Shown here: positions 11,971 to 25,935 of the stretch, one piece after another | How positions within the stretch are numbered: position 1 is the first letter of the stretch | Layout of the letters: every line of letters starts with the position of its first letter | Assembly (NCBI RefSeq): GCF_902713615.1 | Contig: NC_052147.1 | Coordinates: 167,070,410 to 167,134,409, forward strand | Length of the DNA stretch: 64,000 nt | Direction: 5' to 3' | Origin: Scyliorhinus canicula | Taxonomy: Eukaryota | Translations under genes and position numbers: made by a program | Notes under the pieces: model-generated | Database searches by the model: none | What the model was told of the DNA's origin: nothing | The model's input: the letters and a program-made list of their open reading frames with translations, nothing else

Positions 11971-13209
11971 TGTTCTATCAGCATAGCTGATTTGATTATG
12001 ATTCTGATATTTTTTGATCTTGAGATGATAATTATGGAGGAATAAATTCTGATCATAATAAAAAAGAAGAAAATACATGAGAACAGATGTTAATTTTCAT
12101 TATTTTGATTATTCACTCAGACATCTATTCAGAAGGATGAGCGCTAACAATTTCATGCAAGGTGCTGTGACGTATCATGAAAGCAAATAGTAAAGAAATT
12201 ATGAGGCCTAATTTTTAAAAGATATCATTCAAATACATTCCATTCCTTTCCGTACAGCTTTAATTCTGATTTTTAACTAATACCACTTGCGGATTCCTGA
12301 AGAACATATCTTTCAGGTTGGGCCTTGACACCTGGTAAATGAACCAAATATTAGGGCAAACCTGCCTATTATGTGATTGATAGATTGTCATCCATCAATC
12401 ATAGATGCATGTGCCCATGTTAGTGTTGATAGGAACGACAACTCCAATGCACAGTCTTTGTGGACATGATGTCCTGTCCTGTACCCTCCATCACTTGTGC
12501 TGCACTACCTCCATGTGAATGTGATAGACTCAGTAAAGATCCCGCAACTCAAACTGGGCACCCATGAGGCACTGTTGGTCATCAGCACCTGCAGAATTAT
12601 AGTCAACCACAATATATGCTGCAAATCCCTCACCCTACCATTACCTTCAAGACCAGAGATGAATCCTCGTTCAGTTAAGTGTGAAGGCGGGCATGCCAGG
12701 AGCAGGACCAGGCATGCCTAAAAATATGAGGTGTCAACCTGGTGAAGGTCCAATGCAGGACTACTTGGCATTCAAAAGAGCCGATGCAGCCATGTGATAG
12801 ACAGAACTAAGTGATCCAAGAACCAATGGATCAAAGCTCTGCAGTCCTGCCATATTCATTTTTGGATGGCGGTGGACAATTAAACAACAAAATGGAGGAG
12901 AATACTCTGCAGATATCCCATTCTCAATGCTGGTGGAGTCCAGTACATCAGTGCAGAAGACGAGGCTCAATTTACAGCCAGAATTGAATTGCAGATTGAA
13001 TCATCCATCTGCTTCTCCTGAGGATCCGAGCATCAAAGATGCCAGTCTTCAGCTTATACAATTCACACAATGTGGTATCCAGGAATGGCTGAAGGAACTG
13101 GATGGGCAAAGGTTATGGGCCTTAATAATATGCCAGCAATAGTATGAAGACTTGTGCTCCAGGACTCGTGTTCCTCAACCAAGCCATCCCAGTAGAGCTA
13201 TAACACTGG

Positions 13210-14475
13210 TACAAAAGCAGAAAATACTGGACAATCACAGCAGGTTTGACGGTATCTGTAGATCAAGAAGGGGGTGATTGTTTTGAGTCTGGATGACTCT
13301 GCCAAAGCTAGAGAGTGCTGGAAATAGGGTAAGATTTATACTGTTGTGGGGAAGAGGTGGTGGAGCAATGGGGCTGGATAGAGGGTGAGCGATAAATTGA
13401 GATTAACAAAGATGTTGTGGACAGAAAGACAAAGGAAATGTAAATGGTGTGATCAAGGTTAAGAAGTGTGCTGATAGTGGCACATTATGAGATCAGAATA
13501 TGTCAATGGCAGAACAAAGGTAAGCAATGTGTCAAAGGGCAACTAGGAACAGGGAACAGATGACCCAAAATGGGGTGGGTTGTGGGGAGAGGGCACAATG
13601 GTGAGGGAAGAATAGATAGATAGAATTGATAGAAATTAAAATGGGGTGAAGGTGGAAGAGAGAGTTCACAGTCTGAAGTTGTTGAACTCAATGTTAAGTC
13701 TGGAAGGCTGGAACGTTCCTAACCGGATGATGAGGTGCTGTTCCTCCAGTTTACGCTGGGCTTCACTGCAACATTGCAGCAGGCCAAGGATGGACATGTG
13801 AACATGAGAGAGGATGGTTGAGTTGAAATGGAAAGCGACAGGACGGTCTGGGTCCTGCTTGAGGACAGACCAAAGGTGTTCTGAAAAGCAATTACCGAGT
13901 CTGTGTTTAGCCTCTCCTAGAATAGACTGCATTGGGTGCAGTGAATGCAATAGACCAGATTGAAGGAAGTGCATGTGAAGTGCTGCTTCATCTGAAGAGT
14001 GTTTAGGCCCTTGGATGATCAGTAGGAAAGAGGTAAAGGGGCAGGTGTTACACCTTCTGCGATTGAATGGGAAGGTGCCATGGGAAGAGAGTGAGGTGTT
14101 GGGGGTGATAAAGGAGTGGACCACACTATCCCAGAGGGAACGGTCCCTTTGGAATGCTGTCAAAGGGAATGAGGGGAAGATGTGTTTGGTGGTGGCATCA
14201 TATTGGTATGGCAGAGCTGGTGGAGGATGATTCTTTGAATGCAGAGGTTGGTGGGGTGAAAAGTGAGAACATGGGGGCTATCACCTTGTTCTGGAGGGTG
14301 GGGAAGGGGTCAGAGCAGAGGTGCAGGAGATGGATTGGACACAGTTGAGAGCCCTGTCGACCACAGTGGGTGGTAAACCTCGATTAAGGAAGAAGGAAGT
14401 CAAGTCATAAGCACTGTTTTGGAAAGTAGCATCACCGGAACAGATGCAACGGAGGCAAAGGAAACAGGAGAATGG
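13210..14475 (-). mobile_element. Penelope-like element (GIY-YIG endonuclease region and terminal repeat), degraded
   Basis: ORF 13666-14163 contains CNTCPF, EHLWSV..PVAFHFNS..EQHLIIRLGTFQPSRLNIEF. Confidence 0.8.
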
Positions 14476-14879
14476 TGTGGTATTATCATACATGAATGCA
14501 ATTCAAGGGTTAATGAAATGTATACAGACAGCCACTAGAGGGAGCTAGTCCTATATGTATATAAGGAATGATGCTCAGCCTGGTGCCAGATGATAGAGAA
14601 GGTGGCAGCAGAAGGAGTGAGGATTTAGCTAGAGACAGACTGGGAGAGGATGGTGAGGTATGAGAGAGAGCAGTTGTGTATTTGAGAGTTCTACAGTTAG
14701 AGATGGCATAGTTTAATATAGAAACCTTCTACTTTAGGAATGTGAATCTTAGTTAGTAGTGTAAAACTTAGCTAGTAGTGTAATTAAATTTATAGTTTTG
14801 TTCGCTAACAAAGCTTGTGTTCTTTATTCAACACTACACATCCAAGCCATCCAGGTAAAGCAAAATAGAGAACACAGCA
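14476..14879 (+). mobile_element. Solo LTR
   Basis: TG...CA ends, 5-bp TSD AATGG (14471-14475 and 14880-14884), internal TATA. Confidence 0.75.
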
Positions 14880-15409
14880 AATGGGATGCAGTAAGTCTTT
14901 GCTTAAAATGGTGGTTCGCAGCCTGCTTTCTTCACAGTATGCCTGTGGTTGAAGTCTCTAGATTGGATTACAGGCTGCAATGATCTTCCTTGCAGGTTAG
15001 CAATATTACTCACAGATGCCGTGAGGCCCAATGGCTATTTTGCCAATCACCTTAAATTGTTGACGTCTGAATTTTCAACCAATCAGAACAGTTTCTCCAT
15101 ATCTACTCTCAAAGTATAGCTACACCAGCTTCCCAATCTAGCCCTGAAATTAAAGTTCCTCATCCCTCGAGCAATTCTCATAAAACGTTTCTGCATTCTC
15201 TCATCTTTGCTAAGGTGCAGTGCTCAGAGCTGGGCAGAATTCGCCAGTGACAGTTCAACCAGTGTTCTTTCAACATTCCTCATAACTTGTTTATTTTTAT
15301 ACTCTATGCCTCTATGTATAAAGCCCAGGATCTATTAGGCTTTATTAACCACAATCTCAACCTGCCCAGCCACCTTCAACTATTCGTGAACATATAATCA
15401 TGGAATAGA

Positions 15410-15582
15410 TGGGGCTGGTTTAGCACAGTGGGGTAAACAGCTGGCTTATAATAAAGTACAATGCCAGCAGTGTGGGTACAATTCCAGTAACATCCTCCCC
15501 GAACAGGCGCCGGAATGTAGTGACTCGGGGCTTTTCACAGTAACTTCATTGAAGCCTACTTGTGACAATAAGCAATTATTAT
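15410..15582 (+). mobile_element. Short tRNA-derived SINE with (TTA)n tail
   Basis: GGGGCTGGTTTAGCACAG head and CTACTTGTGACAATAAG..TTATTA tail; another copy at 41478-41652 (-). Confidence 0.7.
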
Positions 15583-15841
15583 TAGATTACCTACAGTGCA
15601 GAATGAGGCCATTCAGCCCATCAAGTCTGCAGCGACCCTCTGAAAGAGCCTCCTATCTAGGCCACTGTCTTCCCTTTGCTCAACCTTTGACCTACAGCTC
15701 AAAAGTTAAAATATTATTTTTGGGAACAGACATATTCGCTTAAAAAATAAACTTAAAACTTTGTGATCATCTGAAGGGGTTGAATAGATGGCAGCCAGTC
15801 TTCTCAAGTGTCAATGCCACCGGTTTTACATGGACATTGTG

Positions 15842-16553
15842 CTTCAAATTCCTAGAGGTGCACATCACCAACAATCTGTCTTTGTCCACCCACGTCGACA
15901 ACACGACCAAGAAAGCATAACAGCGCCTATACTTCCTCAGGAAACTAAGGGAGTTTGGCATGCCCACATTGACTCTTACCAACTTTTACAGATGCACCAT
16001 TGAAAGCATCCTATCTGACTGCATCACAGCCTAGTATAGCAACTGCTCAGCCCAATACCTTAAGAAACTACAGAGAGTTGTGAACGCAACCCAGTCCATC
16101 ATGCAAACCTGCCTCCCATCCATTTACTCTGTCTACACCCCACGCTGCCTTGGGAAAGCGGGCAGCATAATCAAAGACCCCTCCCAGCTTGGTTATTCAC
16201 TCTTCCATCTTCTTCCATCGGGCAGGAAACACAAAAGTATGAGAACAGTCATTAACAGGTTCAAAAACAGCTTCTTCTCCGCTGTTAGCAAACTCCTGAA
16301 TGACTCTCTTATGGACTGATCTGATCTCTTCATACATCTTCTCTACTTAGTACCAGATTCTATATGCTTCACCCGATGCCTGTGTGTATGTATTTATATT
16401 GTGTATTTACACATGCCCTATGTTTTTTCTATGTATTTATGTATGCCCTCTGTTTTTTTCATGTATGGAATGATCTGTCTGGACCGTACACATAACAATA
16501 CTTTTCACTGTACCTCAGTCCACGTGACAACAAAACCAAACAAATCTAAATCT
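15842..16553 (+). mobile_element. Rex1/Babar-clade LINE 3' fragment
   Basis: LRKLREFG..NFYRCTIESIL..IIKDPS..RFKNSFF motifs and short-repeat tail; homologous to 20885-21882. Confidence 0.8.
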
Positions 16554-17747
16554 ATCTCTTTCCTTCTCACCGCTCACAGGTTCTGTGCACCTGCAAACTT
16601 TGAACTTGCTCTTTGTACATCCAAATCTACTTCACTAATATAAAATCAAGCAAAGCAGTAGCCCTTTTTCGTTGTATATTAATAGTGTTTAATTATCAGC
16701 AAGTGGTGGGCATTAACTGGTGATTCACTTGCATTCACAGACTGAAACTATAGTTGTTCGGTTAGGAGATGTGTGCTTGTCATTTGCAACACTGTAAGTA
16801 CGTTCTTATCAAAATGTGCAAAGATTGGATCCAGTCCTATCATTCTCCAACATACAATGTTGCAAAGATTGGTGGTAAGCTAGAGGATTGGGAAAGTTTT
16901 AAAATCCAAGAAAAGGTGGCCAAAAAATAATAAAGAGGAAGAGAATAAACAGTGAAGGTAAACTAGCAAGTATTATCAAAACAGATAGTAAGAGCTTCTT
17001 TAAATACATAAAAAGGAAGAGAGTAGTCAAAGTGAAAGAGAATGAGACTGGGGAAATAAGAATGGGGAACCAGGAAATGGTAAAGGAGTTAAATAAATAC
17101 TTGAGGGTTAGTCTTCATGGTAGAAGACCATTAATATTTTTAAAAGTACTAAATAACCAAGAGGCAAATGGGGGGAGGAAATAAATACAATAACAATCAC
17201 TGGAGAAAAGGTATTAGGGAAGCTAACGTTGCCAAAGGTCGCTAAGCTGTCTAGACCTGATGGGTTACATCTGAGGATATTAAAAGAAGTAGATAGTCAG
17301 ATAGTGGAGGCACTGGTAGTAACCTTACAATCTTCCATGAATTATTAAATTTTGGAAACGTCACAGAGGATTGGAAAACTGCATATATAACACCCTTATT
17401 CACAAAGGGACAAAACATAGGTAATTATAGGCCAGTACGCTCAAAATCTGTCATTGGGAAAATATTGGAGGCAATTATCTCCAAATTTGGAGATGTCACA
17501 AAGCTGGGTGGGAAGATGAGCTGTGAGGAGGATGCAGAGATGCTTCAGTATGATTTGGGAAAAGTTAGTGAGTGGGAAAATGTATAGCAGATGTGAATAA
17601 ATGCAAGGTTATCCATTTTGGGAGTAAAGACAGGAAGGCAGACTATGATCTGAATGGCGAAAGGTTGAGAATAGGGAATGTGCAATGAGACCTGGATGTC
17701 CTCGTATTCCAGTCATTGAAGATAATCAAGCAGGTGCAGCAGGCGGT

Positions 17748-18653
17748 AAACAACAAAGAACAAAGAGCTATAGCACAGGAACAGGCCCTTCAGTCCTCCA
17801 AGCCTGTACCGATCACGTCTCCGATCTAGAACTACCTACCGCCTGTATCCTTCTATACCCCATCTGTTCATGTGCCTATCTAGATAAGTCTTAAAGGTCG
17901 CTAACGTATCTGCCTCAACCACCTCACATAGCAGTGCATTCCAGGCTACCACCACCTCTGTGTAAAAAACTTCCCTCGCACACCTCCACTGAACCAAACA
18001 CCTCTCACCTTGAACTTGTGCCCCTTGTAATATTCAATTCCTCCCTGGGAAAAGCCTCCAACTGTTCACCCTATCTATACCGCTAATAATTTTATAAACT
18101 TCTACCAGGTCGCCCCTCAACCTCCGTATTTCTAGGGAGAACTATCCCAGTTTATTCAATCTCTACTCATAGCTAATACCCTCCATAGCATGCAACATCC
18201 TGGTAACCTTTTCTGTACTCTCTCCAAAACCTCCATGTCCTTCTGGCAGTGCAATGACCAGAATTGGATACAGTATTCCAAAGGTGGCCTAACCAATGTT
18301 CTATGTAACTGTAACATAATTTTCGAGCTTTTATACTCTAGACTCCATCCTATGAAGGTAAGCATGCCAAATGCTTTCTTTATCACTATTTCCACCTGTG
18401 CTGCCACTTTTAAGGATCTGTGGACCTGCATACCCAGATCTCTCTGTGTCGCTAGGCTCCTGATTGTTCTGCCATTTATTTTATAACTCCCACCTGAATT
18501 GAATGTACCAAAATGCATCACCTCGCATTTGTCTGGGTTAAATTCCATCTGCCAATTCTCCGCCCAATTTTGCAGCCTTTCTATATTCTGTTGTATTCTC
18601 TGACAATCTTCATCACTATCTGCAACTCCTGCAATCTTAGTATCATCTGCAAA
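17748..18653 (-). mobile_element. CR1 LINE 3' fragment
   Basis: ORF 18156-18548: EFNPDKCEVMHFG..LVRPPLEYCIQFWS..LERVQKR. Confidence 0.85.
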
Positions 18654-18758
18654 CTATCCGTAAAGAAAGCAAATGGTGTGTTGGCCTTCATAGTCTTCAT
18701 GGCCTTCATTTTCATTTTCATAGTGAGAGGATTTGAGTATAGAAACAGGAACATCTTG

Positions 18759-19485
18759 GGCGGGATTCTCCGACCCCCCGCCGGGTCGGAGAATCGCCCG
18801 GGGCCGGCGTCAATCCCGCCCTCGCCGTGTCCCGAATTCTCCGCCACCCGAGATTCGGCGGGGGCGGGAGTTGCGCCACGCCGGTCAGCGGGCCCCCCAT
18901 GGCGATTCTCCGGCCTGCGATGGCCCGAAGTCCCAATGCTGACAAGCCTCTCCCGCTGGCGTGGATTGAACCACCTACCTTACCGGCGGGATTGGCAACT
19001 CGGGCGGGCGCCGGGGTCCTTTGGGGGGGGGGGGGGGGCGCGGGGCGATCTGACCCCGGGGGGTGCCCCCACAGTGGCCTGGCCCGCGATCGGCGGCCAT
19101 CGATCAGCAGGCGGTCCTGTGTCGGGGGGGCACTCTTTTTCTTCCGCCTTCGCCATGGTCTTCACCATGGCGGAGGCGGAAGAGACCCCCTCCCCTGCTT
19201 ATGCGCCGGTATGACGTCAGCAGTTGCTGGCGCTCCGGCGCATGCGCGGAATTACGCCGGTCGGCGAAGTCCTTTCGGCCCCGGCTGGCATGGCGCCAAA
19301 GGCTGTTCACGCCAGCCGGCAAAGCGGGAATCACTCCGGAGTGGGCCTAGTCCCTCAGTGTGAGGGCTTGGCCCCTAAAGGTGCGGAGACCTCCGCACCT
19401 TTGGGGGCGGCCCGACGCCGGAGTGGTTCACACCACTCCAACACGCCAGGACCCCTGCCCTGCCGGGTAGGGGAGAATCCCAGCC
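18759..19485 (+). mobile_element. GC-rich Harbinger-type MITE, complete
   Basis: TIRs GGCGGGATTCTCC...GGAGAATCCCAGCCC, about 3-bp TTG duplication; interrupts the CR1. Confidence 0.8.
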
Positions 19486-19865
19486 CTTGTTTTCAGTATA
19501 CAGGGCCTTGGTGAACCACAGCTGGAACATTGTGTGCAGTTTTGGTCTCATTATCTGAGGAAGGATATTCTTGTGATGGAGGGCATGCAATGAAGATTTA
19601 CCAGACTGATTCCTAGGTGGCGGGACTTACGTATAAAGAGTGATTGAGTCTGTTAGGATGAAATTTGCTAGAATTTAGGTGAATGAAAGGGGATTTCAGA
19701 GAAACCTATAAAATTCTAACAGGACTAGACAGAGTAAATGCAGGAAGGATGTTCCCAATGGTGGACAATCCAGAACCAAGTGTCACATACTACGGATCCT
19801 GCTTAGGAGATGCATTATCGAGAGTGCGATACAAAGTATTAGTAGTAAAATTGCTGCAGATGTAG

Positions 19866-20178
19866 ACAATAATAATAATAATCTTTATTATTGTCAGAAG
19901 TAGGCTTATATTGATACTGCAATGATGTTACCATGAAAAGGCCCGAGTGACCACATTCCAGCACCTGTTCTGATACACAGAAAGAAAATTGAGAATGTCC
20001 AATTCACCTAACAAGCACGTCTTTCGGGATTTGTGGGAGGAAACAGTAGCACCCGGAGGAAACCCAAGCAGACATGGGGAGAACGTGCAGACTCCGCACA
20101 GACAGTCACCCAAGCCGGGAATCAAACCTGGGACCCTGGCGCTGTGAAGCAACAGTGCTAACCACTGAGCTACCGTGT
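19866..20178 (-). mobile_element. V-SINE head with (TTA)n-type tail
   Basis: Same head as the other SINEs; tail shared with the 15410 family. Confidence 0.75.
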
Positions 20179-20179
20179 T

Positions 20180-22935
20180 GCTTTTTTGCATGTCAATCCT
20201 ATTTCCAAACTACTACCATTATCAGATACAAAGCTATGTGAGATCCAAGAAGAGACCAGAGAGGATCAAACTCTTCAATAGGTGATGAGAAACATCAACT
20301 CACACTGACCCAGAGGTCAATGTATGGAGTTCTGCAATATAAGATCTGAACTTAGTATCATTAATGAGGTGGTACTTCATTTGAACCAACTCGAGTCATA
20401 CTTAATCTCTTTGTAAGGATGCACTAATCGGGATACACGAAGGACACCTAGGGAATGAAAAATGTAACTGGAAAGCTCATGACTGTTTACTGGACAGGTG
20501 TAAACCAGGATATTGACAAGATGGTCAGTTGTTGTTACAGATGCCAGACACATCGTTGCAAGCAAACAAGAGAACATTCGTAAATATCTTATTTACCTAC
20601 GGCACCATGGCAGAAAGTAGCTGTTGATCTATTTCACCTATGAGAGAAAGATTATTTAATTATCGTAGATGTTTTTTTCAAACTATCCCAAAATGACTCG
20701 ACTGTCAACCATAACGGCAAACAGTGTAATACTGCACGGCAAGTTAATTTTTGCTAGACACGGAATTCCGCAAGTTGTCGTGACTGACAACGGTCCTTGT
20801 TTTAGCTGTAAAGAGTGGCAACACTTCGCAGTCACGTATGATTTCAATCACATCACATCGAGTCCATTGTACCCTCAAACAACACCTTCTCCACGATAGT
20901 CCTCAATACTGGGGACCTGCAAGGCTGCGTACTTAGCCCCCTATACTCCCTGGACATGACTGCGTGGCAAAATTTGGTTCCAAGATCATCTGCAGGTTTG
21001 CTGACAACACAATCATAGTGGGTCATATCTCAAATAACTATGAGTCAGAATACAGGAGGGAGATAGAGAACCTAGTTGAGTGGTGCAACAACAACAATCT
21101 ATCCCTCAATGCCAGCAAAACTAAAGAGCTGATCATTGACTTTAGGGAGCACACCTCAGTCTGTATCAATGGGGCCAAGGTGGAGATGGTTAACACCTTC
21201 AAATTCCTAGGGGTGCACGTCAACAAAAATCTGTCCTGGTCCACCCACGTCGATGCTACCAGGAAAAAAGCACAACAGCGCCTCTACCTTCTCAGGAAAT
21301 TAAGGATATTTGGCATGTCCACACTGTCTCTTACCAACTTTTACAGATGCACCATAGAAAGCATCCTGTCTGGCTGCATCACAGCCTGGTACGGCAACTG
21401 CTCGGCCCAAGACCACAAGAAACTTCAGAGAGTCTTGAACACAGTCCAGCCCATCACACAAACCTGCTCCCCATCCATTGACTCTATTTACATATCCTGT
21501 TGCCTTGGGAAAGCCGGCAGCATAATCAAAGACCCCTCCCACCCGGCTTACTCACTCTTCCAACTTCTTCCATTGGGCAGGAGATACAGAAGTCTGAGAA
21601 CACGCATGAACAGATTCAAAAATAGCTTCTTCCCCACTGTTACCAGATGCTTAAATGACCCCCTTATGGACTGACTTAATTAATACTACACTCCTGTATG
21701 CTTCACCCGATGCCTGTGTCTATGTATTTACATTGTGTATATTGTGTTGCCCTATTATGTATTTTCTTTTTCTTTTCTTTTATTTTCATGTATGGAATGA
21801 TCTGTTTGAGCTGCTCGCAGAAAAATACTTTTCACTGTATCTTGGTACATGTGAAAATAAACAAATTCAATCCAATCCAAACCAATGAAAAAGCTGATTG
21901 TTGAAGAAAGCAATGGACAGCCAATCTGATCCATATCTCGCACTATTGAGTTACAGAGCGTCACCATTGTCACATGGCAGATCGCCAGCAGAGTTACTCA
22001 TGAATAGCAGGTTGTGTACCACACTTCTATACTTGGCAAACAAGGAGGAGAATGTAGTAGTACTGAAGGAAATGCAAAACATTAAAGCGAAACAAAAGCA
22101 GTTGTATGATAGAGTGTCTAGAACTTTACCACCTCTGAGTTGTGATGACATTGTGAGAATAGAAGATTCAGACAATTGGACAAGAAAAGCCATTGTACTT
22201 GAAGAAGTAGCACCTCATTCCCACAATGTACACAAAGAGGATGGATTGGTTTGAAGAATAAATCATTGCACATTCTTGAAAAACAGAGAGGACTTTCACA
22301 ACAAAGTGATGGATGTCGAATCTACGTCAGAGTCAACGTCAGCTGCAGTGTCAGATAGTTCAGCAGTTCCTGAGCATGATAATGCCATGGAGAACATTGA
22401 ATCTACAAGTTCTGAGCAGCAAGGTCAAACTTGGAGAAGATCAACCAGAGACAGAAGAAAACCTGATCGACTCAATTTGTAGATTTGGACTATTTGTACA
22501 TACTATGCTTGCTGTTCCTATATATATATATAATATATATTTGTTAAACCAGTTTTTAAAATTAAAACAAAATACTGTTAGACTCATTCGTTCATGATAT
22601 CACATGTAAATATATTTATGATAATATATTAATTTATTACTTCATATAAAAGGGGTATAACGATATCATGGTTGTGTTGCAATCCACCCACTGACCACTA
22701 GGAGTCTTTTTTTGACCACTAGGAGTCTCACTAGTATATAAGTGAATGTTAGAGTCAGGTGATCCCTCAGAGTGGCTGGAGGAAGCTGGAGAGAGATTGC
22801 TTGTGCATGATCTGACTGTTACTCATCTGTTCTTTTGTATATAGTTTACTCACAGTTAATGTTACTAAATTGTTTATAATATTAGCTACAAGTGTTCTTG
22901 TAATATAAATCAGGCCATCCGGCAAGAACATTACA
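20180..22935 (+). mobile_element. Gypsy-type LTR retrotransposon 3' part (integrase, PPT, 3' LTR at 22656-22935)
   Basis: IFARHGIPQVVVTDNGPCF..HITSSPLYPQ and LALLSYRASPL..SPAELLM; PPT AAAAGGGG then an LTR ending CATTACA. Confidence 0.8.
20885..21882 (+). mobile_element. Rex1/Babar-clade LINE 3' part inserted in the Gypsy integrase
   Basis: 236-aa ORF with FADNT (RT motif) ...FKFLGV...TNFYRCTIESILSGCITAWYGNC; (AATCC)n tail. Confidence 0.85.
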
Positions 22936-23757
22936 CTCTCCTTGTTTAACATGTGTCTTTCCGAATTACCTTCTCTACTCATGATCTGCGACTGTTGATT
23001 GTGTTCTACTGTCTCAGATGTCTCCTGCGGTAAGAATAGATCAAATTTAGTTCTCAGTTTCCGCTTCATTAGTAATAAAGCTGGGGAACTCTGTGTCCTT
23101 GCATATGTGGTGTTGCGGAATGTTGCTAAGAAACAGTTTAAACAGCGATGTAATGAACTTTGACCTTGGAGGCTTCCAGTGCATGCTTCAAAGACTGGAA
23201 AAGCCTTTTGATTAAACCATTCATGGATGGGTGGCAAGCTGCTGATTTGATATGTTGAATTCCACTCATCTTTTAGGAGTGGAACTGCCGAGCCATAAGC
23301 TGTGGACCACAGTGATCAGGATTTGTTCTGGTTTCCCAAAACTGGTGAAAAACTCCATCATGTTTTCAATTGTTCATTCTGTGATTGTTGATTTCATCAG
23401 GACCAACTCAGGCCACTTGGAGTATGTGTCCACGACAACCATGAACATCTGCCCCTCGTAAAGACAATGTGTAGACATTGCCAAGGCATTTTAGTTCAAT
23501 CCCATGGCTGCAATGGGGACAGCAGCGGTACATTCTTTACCCATGCACATGACCAGCGCAATGAAGTTTTTTCCTCTATCGGTGCATCAATTCCTAGCCA
23601 CCAAAGTAGCTCCATGCAAGTTCCTTCATCCAATCTATACCTGGGTGTCCTTCATGTGATTGTTCCAATACGCATTATCACAAATTTGGAGGAATTATTA
23701 CTCTCATCCCCCACAACAGGCCTTGCACTGTCAACTTGAGTTATCTAAAAATATATG

Positions 23758-24330
23758 GGGCTGAATTCTCCGATTCTGGGGTTATGGCCCTACACTGGCG
23801 TGGGAACGGTGACGTTTTACGCCATTAAAACTGGTGCAAAATGGCCACAGGTTCCCTGCTTTGCTGGGGGCTAGCAGGACAGCAGTGTAGAGCACCCAGC
23901 TCTAGCTGCCGATACACACTGGAGAATTGCCGGGTCCGCAAAATAGTCCCCCCCTTCGGCCGGCTCGCGCGCCCCGGACACCCCCCACAGTGCCCCCAAC
24001 CCCGAGTAAGGCCCCTCCCTGCCACGGATCAGCCCACCCCGACTGTGGCAGTGCTGGACTGAGTCCGCAGCCGCCACGCCGAGTTCCTGACGGTTGAGAC
24101 CACACGTGTCCCATACAATCGGGAACTCGGCTGGTTAGGGGCGGAGCATCGGGGTTGGGCCTCAGACAATGTCCTGAGGCCGTCGATAAGTGGCGTATGC
24201 CTAGAATATCCCGCTTTGGAGGGTGCGAAGCATCGCAAAAGCAGTGACACCCCCAATTTGGTTGGAAACTTGGATTCTCCGGCCAGTCGCCGAACACAAT
24301 TTTGGCGTCGGCAACCGAAGAATCCAGCCC
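23758..24330. mobile_element. GC-rich Harbinger-type MITE with 3-bp TSD ATG
   Basis: atg|GGGCTGAATTCTCC...GAATCCAGCCC|atg. Confidence 0.8.
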
Positions 24331-25489
24331 ATGTTTCTCATTCAGGATGAGTCGCTACTCTCCTCCCCTTTAACACCATTTCTAGTATCTTACCCATCGT
24401 AGGATTATTTCTGAATTGTTTTTAAACTTGAGCTGCAGTCACTGGAACATGTTCTATTTGTATACAACAGAAGATATTTTATGACTGGGTGGTGTCTGAC
24501 CAGCAGGAAAATGCAAACATGACAATGCATCAGCACGGGCATGGCTCTTTGACTGCTAGTATTTATCTCGTAGGATGTGCAGATAATATTAATAACCATC
24601 GTGGTGTCTACTTGCTGCCAATTAAGGAATACCTGTATGTGGCCCAGAATTAGTGGTTCAGGGCCTGTGGTCTGTCAACAACATGAAGTCATGACCATAT
24701 AGGTATTGATGAAATTTTCTAACACCAAAGATAATACTCAGTGACTCCTTCTCCAACTGAGTGTAGTTTGATTCAGCACTTGTTAAGGTGACGGAAAACC
24801 TATTGGTTTTTCTTGCCCTGAAGGTAGCTTGTGTGACACCATTGCTCCAACACTGTAAGTCGGAACATCACAAGCAAGTTGTAACGGTAACTTCGGATTA
24901 AAATGACCATCACTTCTGACTTCTTCAGTCCGTGTTTAGCTGACTGATTTGCTTTTTTACATTCTGGTGTCCATTGCCAATCATGTTTCATGTACAGTAA
25001 GGTTTCTAACAGTTTGAGTAGCGTTGCTGGATTCAGGACAAATTTACCATAGTAGTTAATTAACCTCAGGAATGATCTTAACTGTGTTATATTCGTTGCT
25101 CATGGAACCTCCATTGTAGTCTCCATCTTCTTCGGTGCCTTGTGGAAGTGCTTGTTATTGATTACATGGCCAAAATGTTGGACTGATATTTGAAGGAAAT
25201 CACAGATACTTTCAAGACTATGCGTCTGAAGGTTTTTCAATGTGGCTCCTAAGTTATGTAAGTATTCATGTTCATTGATACCTGTAATTAGTATATCATC
25301 AAGGTAACACTGTATCCTCTGTAAGCCACTAATAACATTCATTTGCTTGTAAGCCTGTGATCGAACGATCTTTTGTCCCCCTGTTAGACCGGCAAACAAA
25401 TCCTCGATCAATTGTAGTGGGTATTGATTCATGCAAAGGACCAGATTGATGATTGTTTTTAAAGAGTGTGATCTAACTAAAAGAAAATA

Positions 25490-25935
25490 GTAAGAAGTCT
25501 TACAACACCAGGTTAAAGTCCAACAGGTCTGTTTCAAACATGAGCTTTCGGAGCACTGCTCCTTCCTCAGGTGAATGAAGAGGTATGTTCCAGAAACATA
25601 TATATAGACAAAGTCAAAGATGCCAGACAAACCATTGTTTGCAGCAAACTACCCAGCCTTCAGAACAGCGACCGCGACATCACATGACCCTGCCATGGCA
25701 ATCTCTGCAAGACGTGCCAGATCATCGACATGGATACCACCATTATACGTGAGAACACCATCCACCAGGTATGCGGTACATACTCATGCAACTCGGCCAA
25801 CGTTGTCTACCTCATACGCTGCACGAAAGGGTGTCCCGAAGCGTGGTACATTGGCGAAACCATGCAAACGCTACAACAGCGAATGAACGGTCATCGCGCA
25901 ACAATCATCAGACAGGAATGTTCCCTTCCAGTCTC
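25490..25935 (+). mobile_element. Penelope-like fragment (GIY-YIG) with inverted terminal repeat
   Basis: CKTCQI..YSCNSANVVYLIRC..WYIGETMQTLQQRMNGHR. Confidence 0.8.
25539..25573 (-). ncRNA. Minimal type I hammerhead ribozyme-like motif in the Penelope terminal repeat
   Basis: Minus strand: cac-CTGAGGA-A-GGAGC-AGT-GCTCC-GAAA-GC-TC-atg. Penelope-like elements are known to carry such motifs. Confidence 0.55.

Larger units (their letters stand above)
16820..19780 (+). mobile_element. Degraded CR1 LINE ORF2 with a nested antisense CR1 and a nested MITE
   Basis: RT-region motifs resume after each insertion. Confidence 0.7.
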
